Part shown: positions 1 to 16,355 of the stretch, in pieces
Position numbering within the stretch: position 1 is the first letter of the stretch
How the letters are laid out: the number at the start of each line of letters is the position of its first letter
Assembly (NCBI RefSeq): GCF_009914755.1
Contig: NC_060947.1
Reading direction: 5' to 3' (one strand)
Source of the DNA: the human T2T-CHM13v2.0 reference genome, Homo sapiens
DNA: 64,000 nt
Made by a program: the position numbers and the translations under genes
The notes under the pieces: model-generated
What the model was told of the DNA's origin: nothing
Seen by the model: only the letters and a program-made list of their open reading frames with translations
Database searches by the model: none

Positions 1-159
1 CTGCATAGCTTTGTACAGTGTAGTACTGCATGCTGAGCAGAAAGGTTCTTGTGCAGGGAGTACTTGCGGATGTAACACCCTCACCCCAGAAGGGATAAAC
101 GGTAGCTGTAGGAGAGAGCCTGCGGCATGGGTCTAGCGGACTTCCCTTTATGTCTTTTT

Positions 160-518
<359 letters not shown>

Positions 519-852
519 TAAGAAACCCAGGACCGAGACAGGCGGCCACCCGTTTGTTTACTTTTTGGTTTGGTCGCGTGATTCTAGATTATTTAGAAGG
601 AATAGCTTTCAGGTGATAGTTTATGGTTACAGGATTTCGGCTAAGGAGGAGAAGCGGGAGCAGGGAGGCAGATCCACAAAGCCCTCGTGTGGAGGGAGAA
701 GTGTGCAAAAGGAGGGTGAAAGTGACCAATGCCCCAAGATGCCAGAGCTGAGGGAAGCCAGAGGGAAATGCAGAGGAAAATTTAACTCAGGCATCTCAGT
801 TCTAGATGGGGCAGGTAAGCAGTCTTCTACAAACAGAATTTGTGTCATTGAG

Positions 853-978
853 CAGGGCACAGTGGCACGTGTCTCTAATCCCAGCACTTTGGGAGTCTGA
901 GGCAGGAGGATCACTTGAGTCCAGGAGTTCGAGACCAGCTGGGGCAACCTAGCAATACTCTATCTCTACAAAAAATAC
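853..978 (+). mobile_element. Alu left monomer (FLAM-like)
   Basis: cagggcacagtggcacg...atctctacaaaaaata. Confidence 0.8.
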
Positions 979-1480
979 AACAGTTGCTGCCCCATGGTTG
1001 GGTGCCAACATACGTAGCTGTACTCGCACAGGATCCTTGATCCCTCATGTGACTCCTAGGCTGTGGCCTGAGACTTGCCTTTCCAGAAGAATCCAGCCCT
1101 GTGGAAAGCTGCCCCTTTGTTTCCCAGCAGCCCCATCCCTGGAGCCCCCAGCGGCCTCTCTTGGGGGAGAGACTCCCGTAGCACGTGCTGACGTGGCAGC
1201 CCCGCTCTGCTCTGCCTCTCCTCTGGCCTCCTTTCTTGTCAGCTGGCTGCGTTCTTCAAAGCTCTCAGCCTCTGGGCCGACCTTGGCTGCGTTCGCATGT
1301 TACGGGATCCTTTGGGGCTTTCACCTTTCTCCAGAGAGCTACCTGGAAACATAGATGTCCATTCTCCCCTTTAGCTTCTTCCAGCCTCCATTCCTCTTGG
1401 CTGTGTCCTAGTCCAGTCCTCCACCCAGATTGGGCTGAGGTGACACAGACATCCACCCAGAAGGCTGTACAGATTGATAA

Positions 1481-1772
<292 letters not shown>

Positions 1773-2789
1773 AATGTGTTCATTTTTAAAGTTTGACTTA
1801 AGAGTCCCATAGATTCAGTGTCTTATGTGGCAGTTAGGTCCTTGCAGTTAGTCTCAGAAATCGATTTAGCTCATCTGTTTTCTGAAGGCCCACACATTTG
1901 AAATAAAAAAGGAAATAGTTCTGAGTCACCTCCTTCTCAATATAAATAGAAAATGCATTCAAATATTCCCACAAGTTTTGTGTCTTTTAAATCTGCACAA
2001 ACCCAAAGAATTCCTAGAGGAGGCCGCCAGAGCTAGCAGCACGTGTCAGGTCTGCATCCCACCGGGCCAGCTGAGCAACCCGCTTCAGGCCCCTGCATAC
2101 CACACAGCTCACCACCGCCTCCAACGCCAGGAGAGTCCAGAAGGCCGGAGGGCGAGGGAGGACTGACGCGTGGGCGGTGACGGCGCGGGAGCCAGTGATG
2201 TATTTCTGCTTTGGGCTTTCTCGCACGTGGCACTTGGAGCACATCCTTGGGAACATGTCTGTCCTCTTTGCCAGTTTAAATTTTTGTGTGTTCGTTTCCA
2301 TACTAGCTCTTAGAATCTAAATCAAGTGTTGTGGATGGTGTGCAAGACCATGGCTGTGTATGTGTGTGTGGGAGTCTCATTGACCACAGTGCTGACACAG
2401 TTTCCCTTGGTGGAAGTAAAGAGTAAGTTCAGGACTCCCCTGTAAATGATGTGCTCCCCATGGATGAGGGACAGGAAGAACATCAGGGTACCGTGCCAGC
2501 AGAGCTCTGTGCCCTGTTAGTCGAAACAAAAGTGATGGCTGAGATGAGTCCTTCTGTGGCACCCAGGAAACTTTGATAGCTGGGCCAAGAAGCAGCGGCA
2601 CTGCAGTGCCCTGGGCCGCGAGCATCATGGTTTATGCTCAGCAAAGCCACATCACCTGTCATATAGACCTGACATCAGCTTTACAGTTTTGCTTGCATAT
2701 AACTTGCAAATTTTGTTTTGTGTTTTATAGCCTAAGAACCATTAAAATAAGGAAACAGATTTTATATAGAGACATTTAGCAGTCTAATA

Positions 2790-3060
2790 AAAAAAAATAA
2801 AAATCACATATTGTATGATGCCATTTATATAAAATGTCCAGAATAGGCACATCCGTAGATAGAAAGTAGATTAGTGGCTGCCAGGGGTTAAGAGGGGAGA
2901 AGTGAGGGAGAGACTGTTCATGGGCGTGGGGTTTCTTTCTGGAGTAATGAAAATCCTCTAGAATCTGATAGTGGTGATGGTGACTGCTGTGATATACTAA
3001 AAACTACTGAACTGCGCTGTTTCAAAGGGCACATTTTATGATATATTTTATCTCAGTCTT
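2790..3060 (+). mobile_element. Old L1 (L1M-type) 3' end fragment
   Basis: atattgtatgatgccatttatataaaatgtccagaataggc...gtagattagtggctgccagggg, typical of the L1M 3'UTR. Confidence 0.75.
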
Positions 3061-3106
3061 TAAAAAAAAATCTCAACACTGGGAATCCATAAGAAAACTT
3101 TTTTTA

Positions 3107-3603
<497 letters not shown>

Positions 3604-4340
3604 CTAAGAGGACTCTGGCTAGATTCCAGCCCTTGCTGGTCCCCCTGGCGTTGGGGCAGGGGGGAGGCGGGCAGCATCCCTACTGTCCCACCGGACCCAG
3701 CAGCCACAGGGGCCTTTCGCTTCTCCACATTCCTTCCTGCCCTGCCCTAAAGCAGGAAGCAAGACAAGGAAACCTCTGAGTCAGGTATGTGGATGTCCTC
3801 TGCAGAACTCGCCTGGTCCCTTCCTTCAAGTCATTTGTTTCTTTCTGTGAGTCAGCCCTGCCTCCTGTTTACCAGGCACAGGTAGTTTTACCTGTGGCTC
3901 CCTGAGCAGAACTGGAGCCGGTGTAACACAGGCTGTGTCTCTGAATAGAAAGTCTCCACACTGCCGTGCCGCTCTCCACTCTGTGTTTGCCCACTGTATG
4001 CACCAGAGCACCCTCCCGGCTCCCCTTCTCCTAAGCAAATCCCACACACCTGCATCCCATCCTTCCTCAGATCACTTCCGGAATCATCTGCAGAGTTTGG
4101 GTTTCATGGTTTGTGCGACACTCTCAAGCAGCTCACCCAAATCGGGTGGTGTCAGATGGTAAAGGGTTGAGGGGTCTAGGTCAGGGTCACTTGGAAACAA
4201 GTTCCTGGGGGAGCAGAGCAACTTTCTTCTCTACTTGGAAGAATATGATAAAGCACCCCTAGACTCACTGGTTTCGAGTTCTAGGGAAGCAGATATTGAT
4301 GACTCAACAGAGGAAAGGATTGTGTAATCATTGCTTTAGT

Positions 4341-4563
4341 CAGGGGTTAGCAAACTATGGTCCACAGGCCAACTCTGGCCCCCTGTCTGTTTTTTTAAAT
4401 AAAGTTTTATTGGCATGCAGCCACATCCGTTTGCTCACAGGCGGCCTGTGGCTGCTCCCTCTCTATAATGGCAGAGAGTTGAGTCATTGCAACAGATCGG
4501 ATGGCTCCTAGGGCTGAAAATATCTGCCATCTGGTCCTTTACACAAAGGTTTGCTTGCCGACC
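4341..4563 (+). mobile_element. MER58A-like hAT-Charlie MITE
   Basis: caggggttagcaaactatggtccacaggccaa...aataaagttttattgg...atctggtcctttacacaaaggtttgc. Confidence 0.8.
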
Positions 4564-5287
4564 ATGTTGGGCTTAGTGGAGGGGTGTAAGGGATGGTCTT
4601 ACATGAGTGTGCTTCCAGCACAGGGAGCATGGAACCCAGTGGCAGTCTGTCTGGATGTTTTCAAAGAGGCTTCTTTGTAATAGTTCGCGATTATCTTGCA
4701 ACATGATATCCATCTCCCCATCCCTAGTGTGGTTAACTTGGGGAAGTTTGCTTTGTCCAAGTAGAGGGGGCTGTAGCTTGTTCACAGCCCAAGAATGCAG
4801 GAGCACGCAGGATGCTGGAGCACCAGCTTTTCTGACTTGTTAGTGATAGCCTGGGTTAGGGAAGGTTGTCCTTGGACCACATGGGCTGGGCATGCCCCTC
4901 AATTCATGGAAAGTGACTCAGAAAAGTTCAAGGTTTCACCAAGACTAAGAGGTGAGGAGGAAGTTCTTTCAGAACATAAGGGTACTAGGGTGGTGATTTC
5001 ATTCTGTTCTTTTTTTATGTGTGGACTTTTTCAAGGGCACAAATGTTTTGTGTCAATTAAAAGCAGATTTGTATGCATTTTGTTACAATGATTATGATTT
5101 TAAAGTCTTAATAGTATTATACTATACAATCTACAAAAAGATTTGAGCATCTTATAAGCCCTGATAATTATGCCTCGCTCTAAGAAACATGGGTATCTGG
5201 AAAGCCACATTATAAACTTTAATATTATAAATGTGCTTTCTGTTTAGAAGGAATTCTTGGAGGGTCTCCTTTAAGAGTGGATTCCTA

Positions 5288-5600
<313 letters not shown>

Positions 5601-5639
5601 AAAACAGGATTCCTAGAGCACAGCCAGCATGCAGAACTT

Positions 5640-7030
5640 GTTTTCTAAGGCTTTTCTCCAATAAAAGGAACCAGGGCTCCTCAGAGGAATGACTGAGTCT
5701 AGGGTTGGGGCAGGGACTGTACAAGATGAGCCTGGAGTATCTTATAGTGCCAGAAAATAAGCGCTCAAATACACCCATATGTAAACCCAGCGGTGACAAC
5801 AGTGTGGGTATGTCATAGGGACACAGGAACCAACAATGACCAAAGGCAGAACAAGTTAAGCAGCAAAATTAAGTAGTAGTGGATTATAATCCAATATATA
5901 AAATGAATCCACAGCCCAGACTGATACGCAGGATGGTTGAATAAATTAACAAATGAAGAATAGAGAAATCTGCTGTGCAGAAAATTGCAAATACTTTATG
6001 TAGCTACTGTGCCCTTAAGGAGGTGGAGCATAGCTCCCCCGCTCCCCGCTCAGTGTGGGCTGCCAACAGTAAGCTCCCTCCAAAGAGTACAGTGTGGCAA
6101 AGGGGACCGAGGAGAGGAACATCACAGTGGAGAAACTGGTGTATACCAACTTCACCAGGCGATCAGGGCCAACGTTGACAGGTAAGTCACATTGACAGCA
6201 TGCCCCTTGATATCATAGGATAACAGTGGCACTTCACTTCCATGGTCTCTCTCCCAGAAGTCCCAGGCTAATCATAAAAACACATCAGACAGTTCCCAAT
6301 TGAGAGACATGCTGCAAAATGCCGGAACAGACCTCTTCAAAACTATTAAGGTCATCAAAAACAAGGAAAGCCTGAGAAACTATCATAGCCTATTCAGGCT
6401 GCTATAATAAAACACCTAAGATTATATGATTTATAAACAGCAGAAATGTATTTGTCACAGTTCTGGAGGCTGGGAAGTCTAAGATCGAGGCACTGGCAGA
6501 TTCGGTGTCTGGTGAAGGTGCTTTCTGGCTCACAAATGGCTGTCTCTCTGCTGCGTCCTCACATGATGGAAGGGGAGAGGGAGCTCTCAGGGGTCCCTTT
6601 TATGAGGGCACTAATCCCATTCGCAAGAGCTCCATCCTTATGACCTCATCACCTCCCAGAGGCCCCACCTCCTAACACCATCACCTGGGGGTTAGGTTTC
6701 AACATAGGAATTTGGGGGTGGGGGGCACAAGTGTTCAGTCTAAAGCTATAGCACCCTCACAGCAAGAGGAGTCTGAAGAAGCAGGCCTGAGTATGATGCA
6801 GTACCTGGATGAGGTTCAAAGACAGAAGGAGAACATTGATTAAACAGAAAATTTGAATAAAGTGTGACCTTTAGTTAATATTAATGTACCAATATTGATT
6901 CATTAACTATGACAAACACACCCCATAGTAAGTCAGATATTAATAATAGGGGGAAGTGGGTAGAGGGCATATGGGAGCTCTCGCCTGGCTGTTGCAATTT
7001 TTTAGTAAATCTAAACCCATTCTAAAATGA
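5640..7030 (+). mobile_element. Old L1 (L1MC/MD-like) 3' region, interrupted by an MLT1 LTR
   Basis: ttctccaataaaaggaaccagggctcc...aaggtcatcaaaaacaaggaaagcctgagaaac...; resumes after about 6760. Confidence 0.65.
6390..6745 (-). mobile_element. MLT1A-like MaLR solo LTR
   Basis: caggctgctataataaaa...cacagttctggaggctgggaagtctaagatc...gggttaggtttcaacata. Confidence 0.8.
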
Positions 7031-7036
7031 GATGCT

Positions 7037-7462
<426 letters not shown>

Positions 7463-7469
7463 TTACAAA

Positions 7470-7598
7470 TTTTTATGTAGAGACCAGGTCTTGCCATGTT
7501 GCCCAGGCTGGTCTCCAACTCCTGGGCTCAAGCAGTCCTCCTGCCTCGGCCTCCCAAAAGTGCTGGGGTTATAGGCGTGAACCACCACACCCAGCCCT
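7470..7598 (-). mobile_element. Alu left monomer, inverted relative to the preceding Alu
   Basis: gtagagaccaggtcttgccatgttgcccaggctgg...cacacccagcc. Confidence 0.85.
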
Positions 7599-8545
7599 AT
7601 AATAAAATATTTAATCAGCCATCAGCTGATTGCTGTTCCGTGTGTGGCCTGGCAGTATGTGTTGAGCATTTGAGAAAAGGTGATGGCCCGGGGTGAATGG
7701 CACCCTCTCTTAGAGACAGTAACATGTACTTGGTAAAGTAATACGTGAAGATGAAAAGTACTGGAAAGAACACGGGCTTCGGAGTTGAAGACACAGGCTG
7801 GAATCCTCATTCTGCCTCTCAGTGTAAGTGTGTCAGGTCCCCCAAGCTTGCTGACCTCACGGCCCTGGATCATGGGGATATGCAGAGCAACCTTGCTCGC
7901 AGACTTATTTACATGCTTAAGGGATATAACATTAATGAATCAGCACAGTGCCTAAGGTTAAGTGTCGATATGGGGGAAAAAAATCTAAAATAGCAGTGAT
8001 ACAGTATAGGCTGCAAAGCAGCATATGTTATTTGGAGAAATGAGCAAGAGTTGGAAGTAATTGCTATGAATGTAGAAGAGGGTGACAGGAACAGGTTGGA
8101 AAGAGAAACTCCGTCCTGGTGGCTAAGCCCAGGATGTGGGAGGGTGGGATAGGGCTGTGAGGCGCAGTGGCTGGCGACGCTGCTTCCTGGAGGGGCTGTG
8201 GTGCTGAGGTCTGGGGCTGCGTTAGGAGGGAGGTGGGGCTCAGGGACTTTAAATAGAGATCATTGTGAAATGGTTAATTGGGAAAGTCAGGTCCAGCCTG
8301 CCTTTGTCTTCCCTGAGTGCCTTGCACACACTCAAAGTTCCGGAAACGCTTGTTAGTTGCTTGATGGGTTACATTCCTAATGAGTGTGTAATCAACCCAA
8401 GAATATATGGACATAGAATAGGCTGTTGAATGTTTTCTTTTTCCTCCTTATGGTTGTGGAGTTGAACTGTGTGTCACATATGTTATAGGATTATCTAGCA
8501 TCACTTAATAGAGAAAGCTGTAACATCAGTGCAGTGGGCTTTCTA

Positions 8546-8919
<374 letters not shown>

Positions 8920-8925
<6 letters not shown>

Positions 8926-9400
8926 AAGCACTGAAGTGTTGGGAATGTTCCCCACTGAGGCAAGGAGTTGCTGATGAAGTGATGGGAAATGCAAGCGGAG
9001 CCTTGAGCCGTGGAGGTGAAGGTTGACGGAGCCTGCGTGAGCTTGCCCATCAACAAGACAGCAGGCACAGACAGGCCAGCTGTTGTGAGCTTGGCTTTAG
9101 GACTCCATTCAGTAGGCAGGAGGAGAGCTGCAGCAGAGGCGGGCTGTGGGTCCCTGAAGCACATCGCTGCCTTCACAGCTGGGCGAACTCCCATCCAGCA
9201 CGGTAAGCAGAGCCGGGTAAGGGACCTCTGCGTTTGCTCTCGGGGCACTTCATCCCAGATGGGACCGGTTTCAGGACGCCTGCGCCGTTTGTTAGGGGTT
9301 TGTAGTTCCCAGTGGCTCTTTTGTTCTGCTATCTTGAAGGGCAGGTTGCTTGTCAGCTCACAATGCTGTGGGTAAGGTCTGGTGAGGTCGGCGAATGTGT
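8920..9400 (+). promoter_or_regulatory. Candidate intronic alternative promoter / first exon of a short SHROOM2 transcript
   Basis: Non-repetitive, GC/CpG-elevated patch with three strong donors: ACG|GTAAGC (9202), CGG|GTAAGG (9216), TGG|GTAAGG (9371). Inference only. Confidence 0.4.
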
Positions 9401-12400
9401 TCTCATTGTTTATTCTTCTGCCTGAAGATGAGAAATAATGCAAATCAGGGTGCAGATTCCGGCTCGAGCTCCACAGGCGTGCACGTATGTGTAAGGGCAT
9501 GCTCGCCGGTGCTGCATGTCCTCGTGGATGCATGCAATTTTTACAGCTTTGGGATTCACGGTTAGCTGAAAGCACATTGGAACTGGAAGGCGGTGCTCTT
9601 AACACCGTGTTCTAGGCTGGAAGCCGTAGAGCCATCATCTGCTCTGATGGGACTGCAGCCCTTGGTATGTGGGACCCTTGCTCCATGTGAGTTCTGCAGA
9701 TGGGTTCCCCGAGGGAGCTGGCTGGAGGACGCCAGCATCGCATGAAGACCTGCCTGCCTCGTTTGCCTTTTGTTTTTCAGTAGCAGTAAGAAACAGGCAT
9801 TCTCACTACACAGGCATTGAATGCGGACATTGAGAAAAAATGGTGAGTCAGCTACATCCTCAAGAAAAAAAAGCGGCGAAATCAGGTGTGCATGTTTAGT
9901 CATGAGAAATGTTCCCTGAGTGCGTTTGCACATAGCCTGCTGATTGCAGTGAGATAATTTAAATAGAGAAAATGGAATCACCATGGTTCTTAGCATTTTC
10001 CAGTTCTTTTATTTTGCTCTTTGGTGTGATTGTGACAGTTTAAGGGTTTTACTATACATGTGCTTTTTCCCCCATTTTATGTTGTGATAAAAGAAAGAGA
10101 TGATTAGTTTTGGCTATATTTCTAAATGGTTGGAATGCCTTTGCTTTACTAAAGGAGGCTTTTGTGTGTGCAGAGGGTCGATGGCATTTTCACAGGGAAA
10201 TTGATGCATAAATATGTTTGCACACACAGGCTGTCTCTTTGGTCTGCATTTACTGACTCACAAGAGTAGGTGTCATTTTGAAATGCATGTTTTTAGCGGT
10301 TGTGCTAGTTGAAAGGTAAAAAGGCAAAGGAGTTTGAAGAAAGGTTTTTGGAAATCTACCTGGTAGCACTTACGAGTAAACAGCCTACTGCCTCGTAGAT
10401 GGTCTTAAGATTTATAAGATGAATGGAAAATAATATTTTAATGTATCATATAAAAAAACTGAAGATTTGGTACCAAGTTGATGAATGGTTGGCATATTTC
10501 TTTTCATTACGGAATAGAACCTTTGAGGTCATACTCTACAAGTATTTCTTATTATTTTATTGCGGAAAAGCATTGCATGGGTGGTAGAGGCACATTTCTT
10601 TCTTTTGTCACACATAGTGGCAAAAACATTTTATACTTTGTCCCTTTCTGTTTCTCCGCCTCCACCTGCGCCCACCCCCCTGCCCCCCCGCCCCTCCCGC
10701 CCCGATCACCACCAACCCAAACCAACACCATACCTCTTAAGGAAAAAAATTGCAGGGGAATTCTCATCTACAGAGGCATGAACAACACACACAGAGTTTT
10801 TTACAGAGTGCTAGGAATAACCATACACGTTGGTGTCAAGCATATAGGCTGCGGAAGGCTCTATTGCCCAGCCAGAGGGACAAATGACCCTGGTGAATGC
10901 ACGCTGACTGCTGCTTGTTTTGCATGGGCTGGCTGCTCTTCCAGAGTCCGCCTTTGGATTTTGGAGGTTGAGGAAGGAAGGGAATATTTTATGTGGCCTT
11001 TGGAATACATTTACTTTACACTACCTTTAATTTTTTACCTCTCATATGCATTAAATTTTTAAGAAGACCAGGGTAGGGGAGCAGTGGGAAGAAGCTGATG
11101 TCTTGTATCCACCCATCTTTCCCCTGTCCTCGGGCACTGATTTCCAGCTGGCTTTTCCTAGAGCAAGTAAGACAGTCGGGTCATTTCTGGAAGGCTTGTA
11201 GACATCCTTGGATGTCTGAAGAGGTCCTAGAGTTATTTACTTATTTACCTTTAAAACATATTTGCCGACACCTTATTTAAAATTCCTGAAAGTTCACAGT
11301 GCCTCTTCATATGTATACCTTGGGTCCTACTATGCGGTTACCATCTTGATTTTATAATAAAGCAAACTGGGGGCGGGGTGACTAGATTCTCACAACCAGT
11401 TAGTGAAGAGCCCTCGTGGGGCAGCATGGCTGATTTTCAGTCTGGTGGGCTCCTGCGGACTAATGGGTCGAGGTCCTCCAGGTAAGGCTGAATGTAGAAC
11501 TGGCCCAAGAATTCCTAGTTATTCTCTTAGTAACTTTCACATCCCTTATCCAGTTTGCTGCCAGTGCAGTGAGAAGGAATTTCAGTTTGGACTTCTGGGA
11601 GTGAAGTACAGAAACCCGTTAATCAGGCAGAGACAGCATGTGTGCTCCTCAGCCTGCGTTGGTGTGGCTTGCGAAGCCACCTAAGCATTCTGACCCTCCA
11701 TTTCTTCATCCATAAAACAAGGAACACAGATTAAATTATTTCTTATTTAAAAATTATTTATTTTTTATGTTTACCATTACCTTGATCTTGAAGTTTAAAT
11801 TATTTCCCAGGTCCCTTCCAGCTGTAGTCATTTTTGGTTCTTAGGGAGAGAAGCCAGGGACTCAAATTTCCCTTCAGTCATATTTCCAGCTCTGTGGGGT
11901 GATTTGTGGCTGCACTGTTTTGCTCATTTGCCGTCATTATTTCCAGGAACAAAAGCATATGAATATATATGAGACACACGCACAGGGGTAATAGCTTCGA
12001 TATCCATTTACAAATAAAATCAGCTCTGTCAGCAAACTCAATTTTCTGTCAACAGGGCTTTGTTGATGGGAATGCCCTTGACAGCTAAGCCTACTTCGGT
12101 CTTCTTGTGGTAATGCCTCATAAAGCCACTCACTGCCAAGGTGCTCTTGGGTATAACTTGCATGAAATTTGTTATAAAATTATTCCGTTAAAAAAATCTA
12201 GCTGGCGGACCCTTAAATGTACTTGGAGGCCATTAAGGGTGGAAAAGCTAGAAATTCTAGGAAAATTTTCAACATTTATACACGTGTGTGTGTATACACA
12301 TATACATGCCCATACACATATGTGTACTACACACATTTTCTATAGTAATTATGCATATAAAGTTAATGTCATGTACAACAAATATCTGAAGTCTATTGGA

Positions 12401-12759
12401 TAAACAATCCATTTCCGATTCTGGTTCAGCTGAGTTAGAAGATAGGCAGGCAATGATCTGAGATGGAAGGTTTCCACAGTTTGGGGTCACGTGCAATTGT
12501 GATAGAAGGAAGATTGAGATTTTCTCTTAATTTATGAAGCTGATATGCTATTCTAACTAGTTTTTAATATATCTTACCACAGGGCCACCCAAAATTCAAA
12601 ATTACTCCTGATTTTGTAAGCTTCACATATGTTTTTGAGAATGAGGTTTTATACTAATCTGGGATTACAGCTTTCTAGGCTGTGATATACAGTTTTTATT
12701 AACATTTCCTATTTTAAAAATCAATTTTGCTAATTAAAACCTTTTTATTAAGAATATAT

Positions 12760-13500
12760 AGAAGTTCTGGGAAGCAGAGTGAGGATATTAACAAATCACC
12801 CTCAATCCTATCACCCAGAGTCTCCGCTGTGGAACATGGAAGTATATCTGCTTTGAAGTCCTTGCAAATATGTTTTTACACATGCAATTATATTACACAT
12901 ACTGTATGTAAGCTGCCTTTTTCTGTAACTTGTATGTGTATGGTGCATGACATTCTAAAATCTAACAACCCTGTAGCCATACTGTGGACATTTAGGGCTG
13001 CTGTTGGTGTTTGACGTTGTAAATAATACTGCAGCAGATATCTGTAGTGAAATACTTGTGCTCTTCCATGTTGATTTCCTTCGGATAAAATTCTGGGCAT
13101 GGAGTTGCTAGGCAGGCGCTAGAAAATATCACCACGTTGCCCTCCAAAAAGTGTATGCTTACTATTTACACTCTAGGGGCACCGATCGCCCAGGACAGTC
13201 CTACTTCTCCCAAAACTTTGTCAATATTAGACATTTTTAAAATTCTGTGGTTTGATAGGCAAAAAAGTTATTTCATTTTTAACTTGCATTTCTTCAGGGA
13301 CTAGCAAAGTCAGACTTTTTTGGTGCACTGACTAGCCATTTGTGTTTTTTCTTTTGTACATTACTCTTCAGCGCGTGTTCATTTTCCTACTGAAGATGAG
13401 CCCTTTCTTGATTATTGTCATTTAGGTTGCAGATAACATCCCTACCGTGTGCTGTGTGCCTTCCAGATGTTAGTGGGTGGTTACAGTTCAACTTTTTTGA
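12760..13500 (-). mobile_element. Degraded antisense L1 fragment
   Basis: ggacatttagggctg...aaataatactgcag...taacttgcatttctt...actagccatttgtg, typical of antisense L1 ORF2/3' sequence. Confidence 0.55.
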
Positions 13501-14052
13501 CATACAAGTGTGTTGAATTTTAGCGTTGTCGCCCTTGCACCTGGAGCCTCTGTGTGGCCAGTTCTGCCTTTTGGTGGCTACTGGCTTCTGTTAGTTGTAC
13601 ATTGCCATTACTGGTCTCTTGTTACCATGTGTGCCGCAGAAGGTGTAGCCACCAGGAGCTCTGTCAGCATGAATTCCCTAGGAGGTGTAGACATCCATCT
13701 CGGAAGGCTGGTAGAAAAATTGTCTCTGTGGAAAAATTAAGAAGTGCCCAGCTTTCCGACAACCCTAACTCATCGTAGTTCCCATCTTTTGCTCTGGTTG
13801 ACAGGAAACTCGTGGTCCTATTGGAAGCACAACCATAGGACCTCTGTACATTCTCGTGTCCGGTCTGCTCTTTGCATAAGGGTGCTTGCCCCTGCTTGTG
13901 CCCTTCTGCTTTTTGTTTACATTTGCTCTCACTGTGATGTTTTTATGTTCATTTTGATACTCAAGTTGTGTGTTTGTTCTCCTGCGTGAGACACTTCTAA
14001 ACATTTCATCATTTAGGGTATACATAGATCAAAGTAAGTGGGGACCACATAA

Positions 14053-14437
<385 letters not shown>

Positions 14438-14894
14438 AATATTGTTATTACAGTCACTGTTTTATGGAAAAACTTAGTGACCTCATATCGTTCTTACTGG
14501 GCAAGTGAGCCTAACACAATCTGTTTCTATAGTAATTGTGGAAATGTGACGTTACAGTGGAAGAGGAGAGTTGGGACATGGCTGTGGAGTGGAGCTGGGG
14601 CTGTCCACCTCTCACTTAGTATGGAATCCTCTCCTAGGCCCTTCAGCTCCAGCACACTGGAAGTCTAAGGGGTTTTGTTTGTCTGTTTGCCCCTATGTTT
14701 TAATCACCGCTAGGATCAGAAGAACTGCAGTCTCTGTGAACAGGTCTTCAGGTGACATCAGTGTGTTACCTCCCTGGTTAGCAATTAGCATTCCCGAGGT
14801 CGGGTGCTGTGCTGCATGCAAAGTTGAATCAGGCACAGACAGAACCTTCCTTGAAGGAGTTTGTCCTCTCTTAATAGTGAAGATAATATAGAAA

Positions 14895-15560
14895 TTGTCC
14901 TAGCCAGTTTACACTCCTAAAACAAATTACCATAGACTAGGAGGCTTAAACAACAGACTTTTATTGCTCACAGTTCTTCTGGAGGCTGGTAGTCCAACGT
15001 CAAGGTGCTGGCCTGTGGATTCCTGGTTCACAGATGGCACTTTCTACCTGTGTCCTCACATGAGGGAGAGCAGAGAGAGGAAGCAAGCTCCCTCGCATAT
15101 CTTTTCTTTTTTTGAGACAGGGTCTGGTTCTGTCACTCCAGGCTAGAGTGCAGTGGTGCAATCACAGCTCACTGCAGCCTCAAACTCCCAAACTCCTAGG
15201 CTCAAGCAATCTTCCCACCTCAGCCTCCTGAGTAACTGGGACTTTAGGCATGTACCACCATGCCTGGCTAATTTTGTTTGTTTTTGTAGAGATGGAGTCT
15301 CATTATGTTGGCCAGGAGGGTCTCAAACTCCGGGCCTCAAGCAGTCCTCCCACCTTGGCCTCCCAAAGTGCTGGGATTACACGCTTCAGCCACAATGCTA
15401 TCCTTGAGTGCTTCTTATGAGGGTACTCATCCATTCCTGAGGGCTTCACCCTCCTGACTGCATCACCTTCCAAAGGCTCCACCTCTTCATCCTATCCCAT
15501 TGGGGTTAGGATTTCAACTTATGGATTTGGGAGGCAGGGCACAGGCATTTAGACTGCAAC
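14895..15560 (-). mobile_element. MLT1A-like LTR split by an antisense AluJ (about 15100-15400)
   Basis: aaattaccatagactaggaggcttaaacaacag...; LTR resumes at cttcttatgagggtactcatcc...gggttaggatttcaac. Confidence 0.75.
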
Positions 15561-15844
15561 ATAAATGTGAATGGCTGAGGAGCATGGGATTCAGAAGGCC
15601 CGAGCACATCAGGCTGCCTGCTTTGCTTTCTGCTCCTTTCTTCTCTCTTCCCTCCTCCCTTCCTTTGTTTCTTTGTTCCTTCTTTCCTGTTGACTCAGTG
15701 AGCTTTTGCTGCAATCTGCTTTGTGCCAGGCATTGTGTTGGACCTGGAATACAGAGGTAGATGAGGCAGGGGTGAGCACAGTCGTTTCAGCTAGGAGGAG
15801 AGATACTAAATGAAAATACCACAGAATGGTGAAGTGCAGTCTAG

Positions 15845-16243
<399 letters not shown>

Positions 16244-16355
16244 CCGCATTTCACTGGATCTTCAGAACAGGAATGGCTTCCTTGGGGAGGGTCCCAAAAA
16301 GTGCGAATCAAAACAGAGATTTGGGAACCACCAGGCATGCATAGGTAGGGCAGGG

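Noticed and set aside
10478-11062. 194-aa ORF with a poly-Pro stretch
   Set aside because: The prolines come from the C-run cluster; no splice or domain support.
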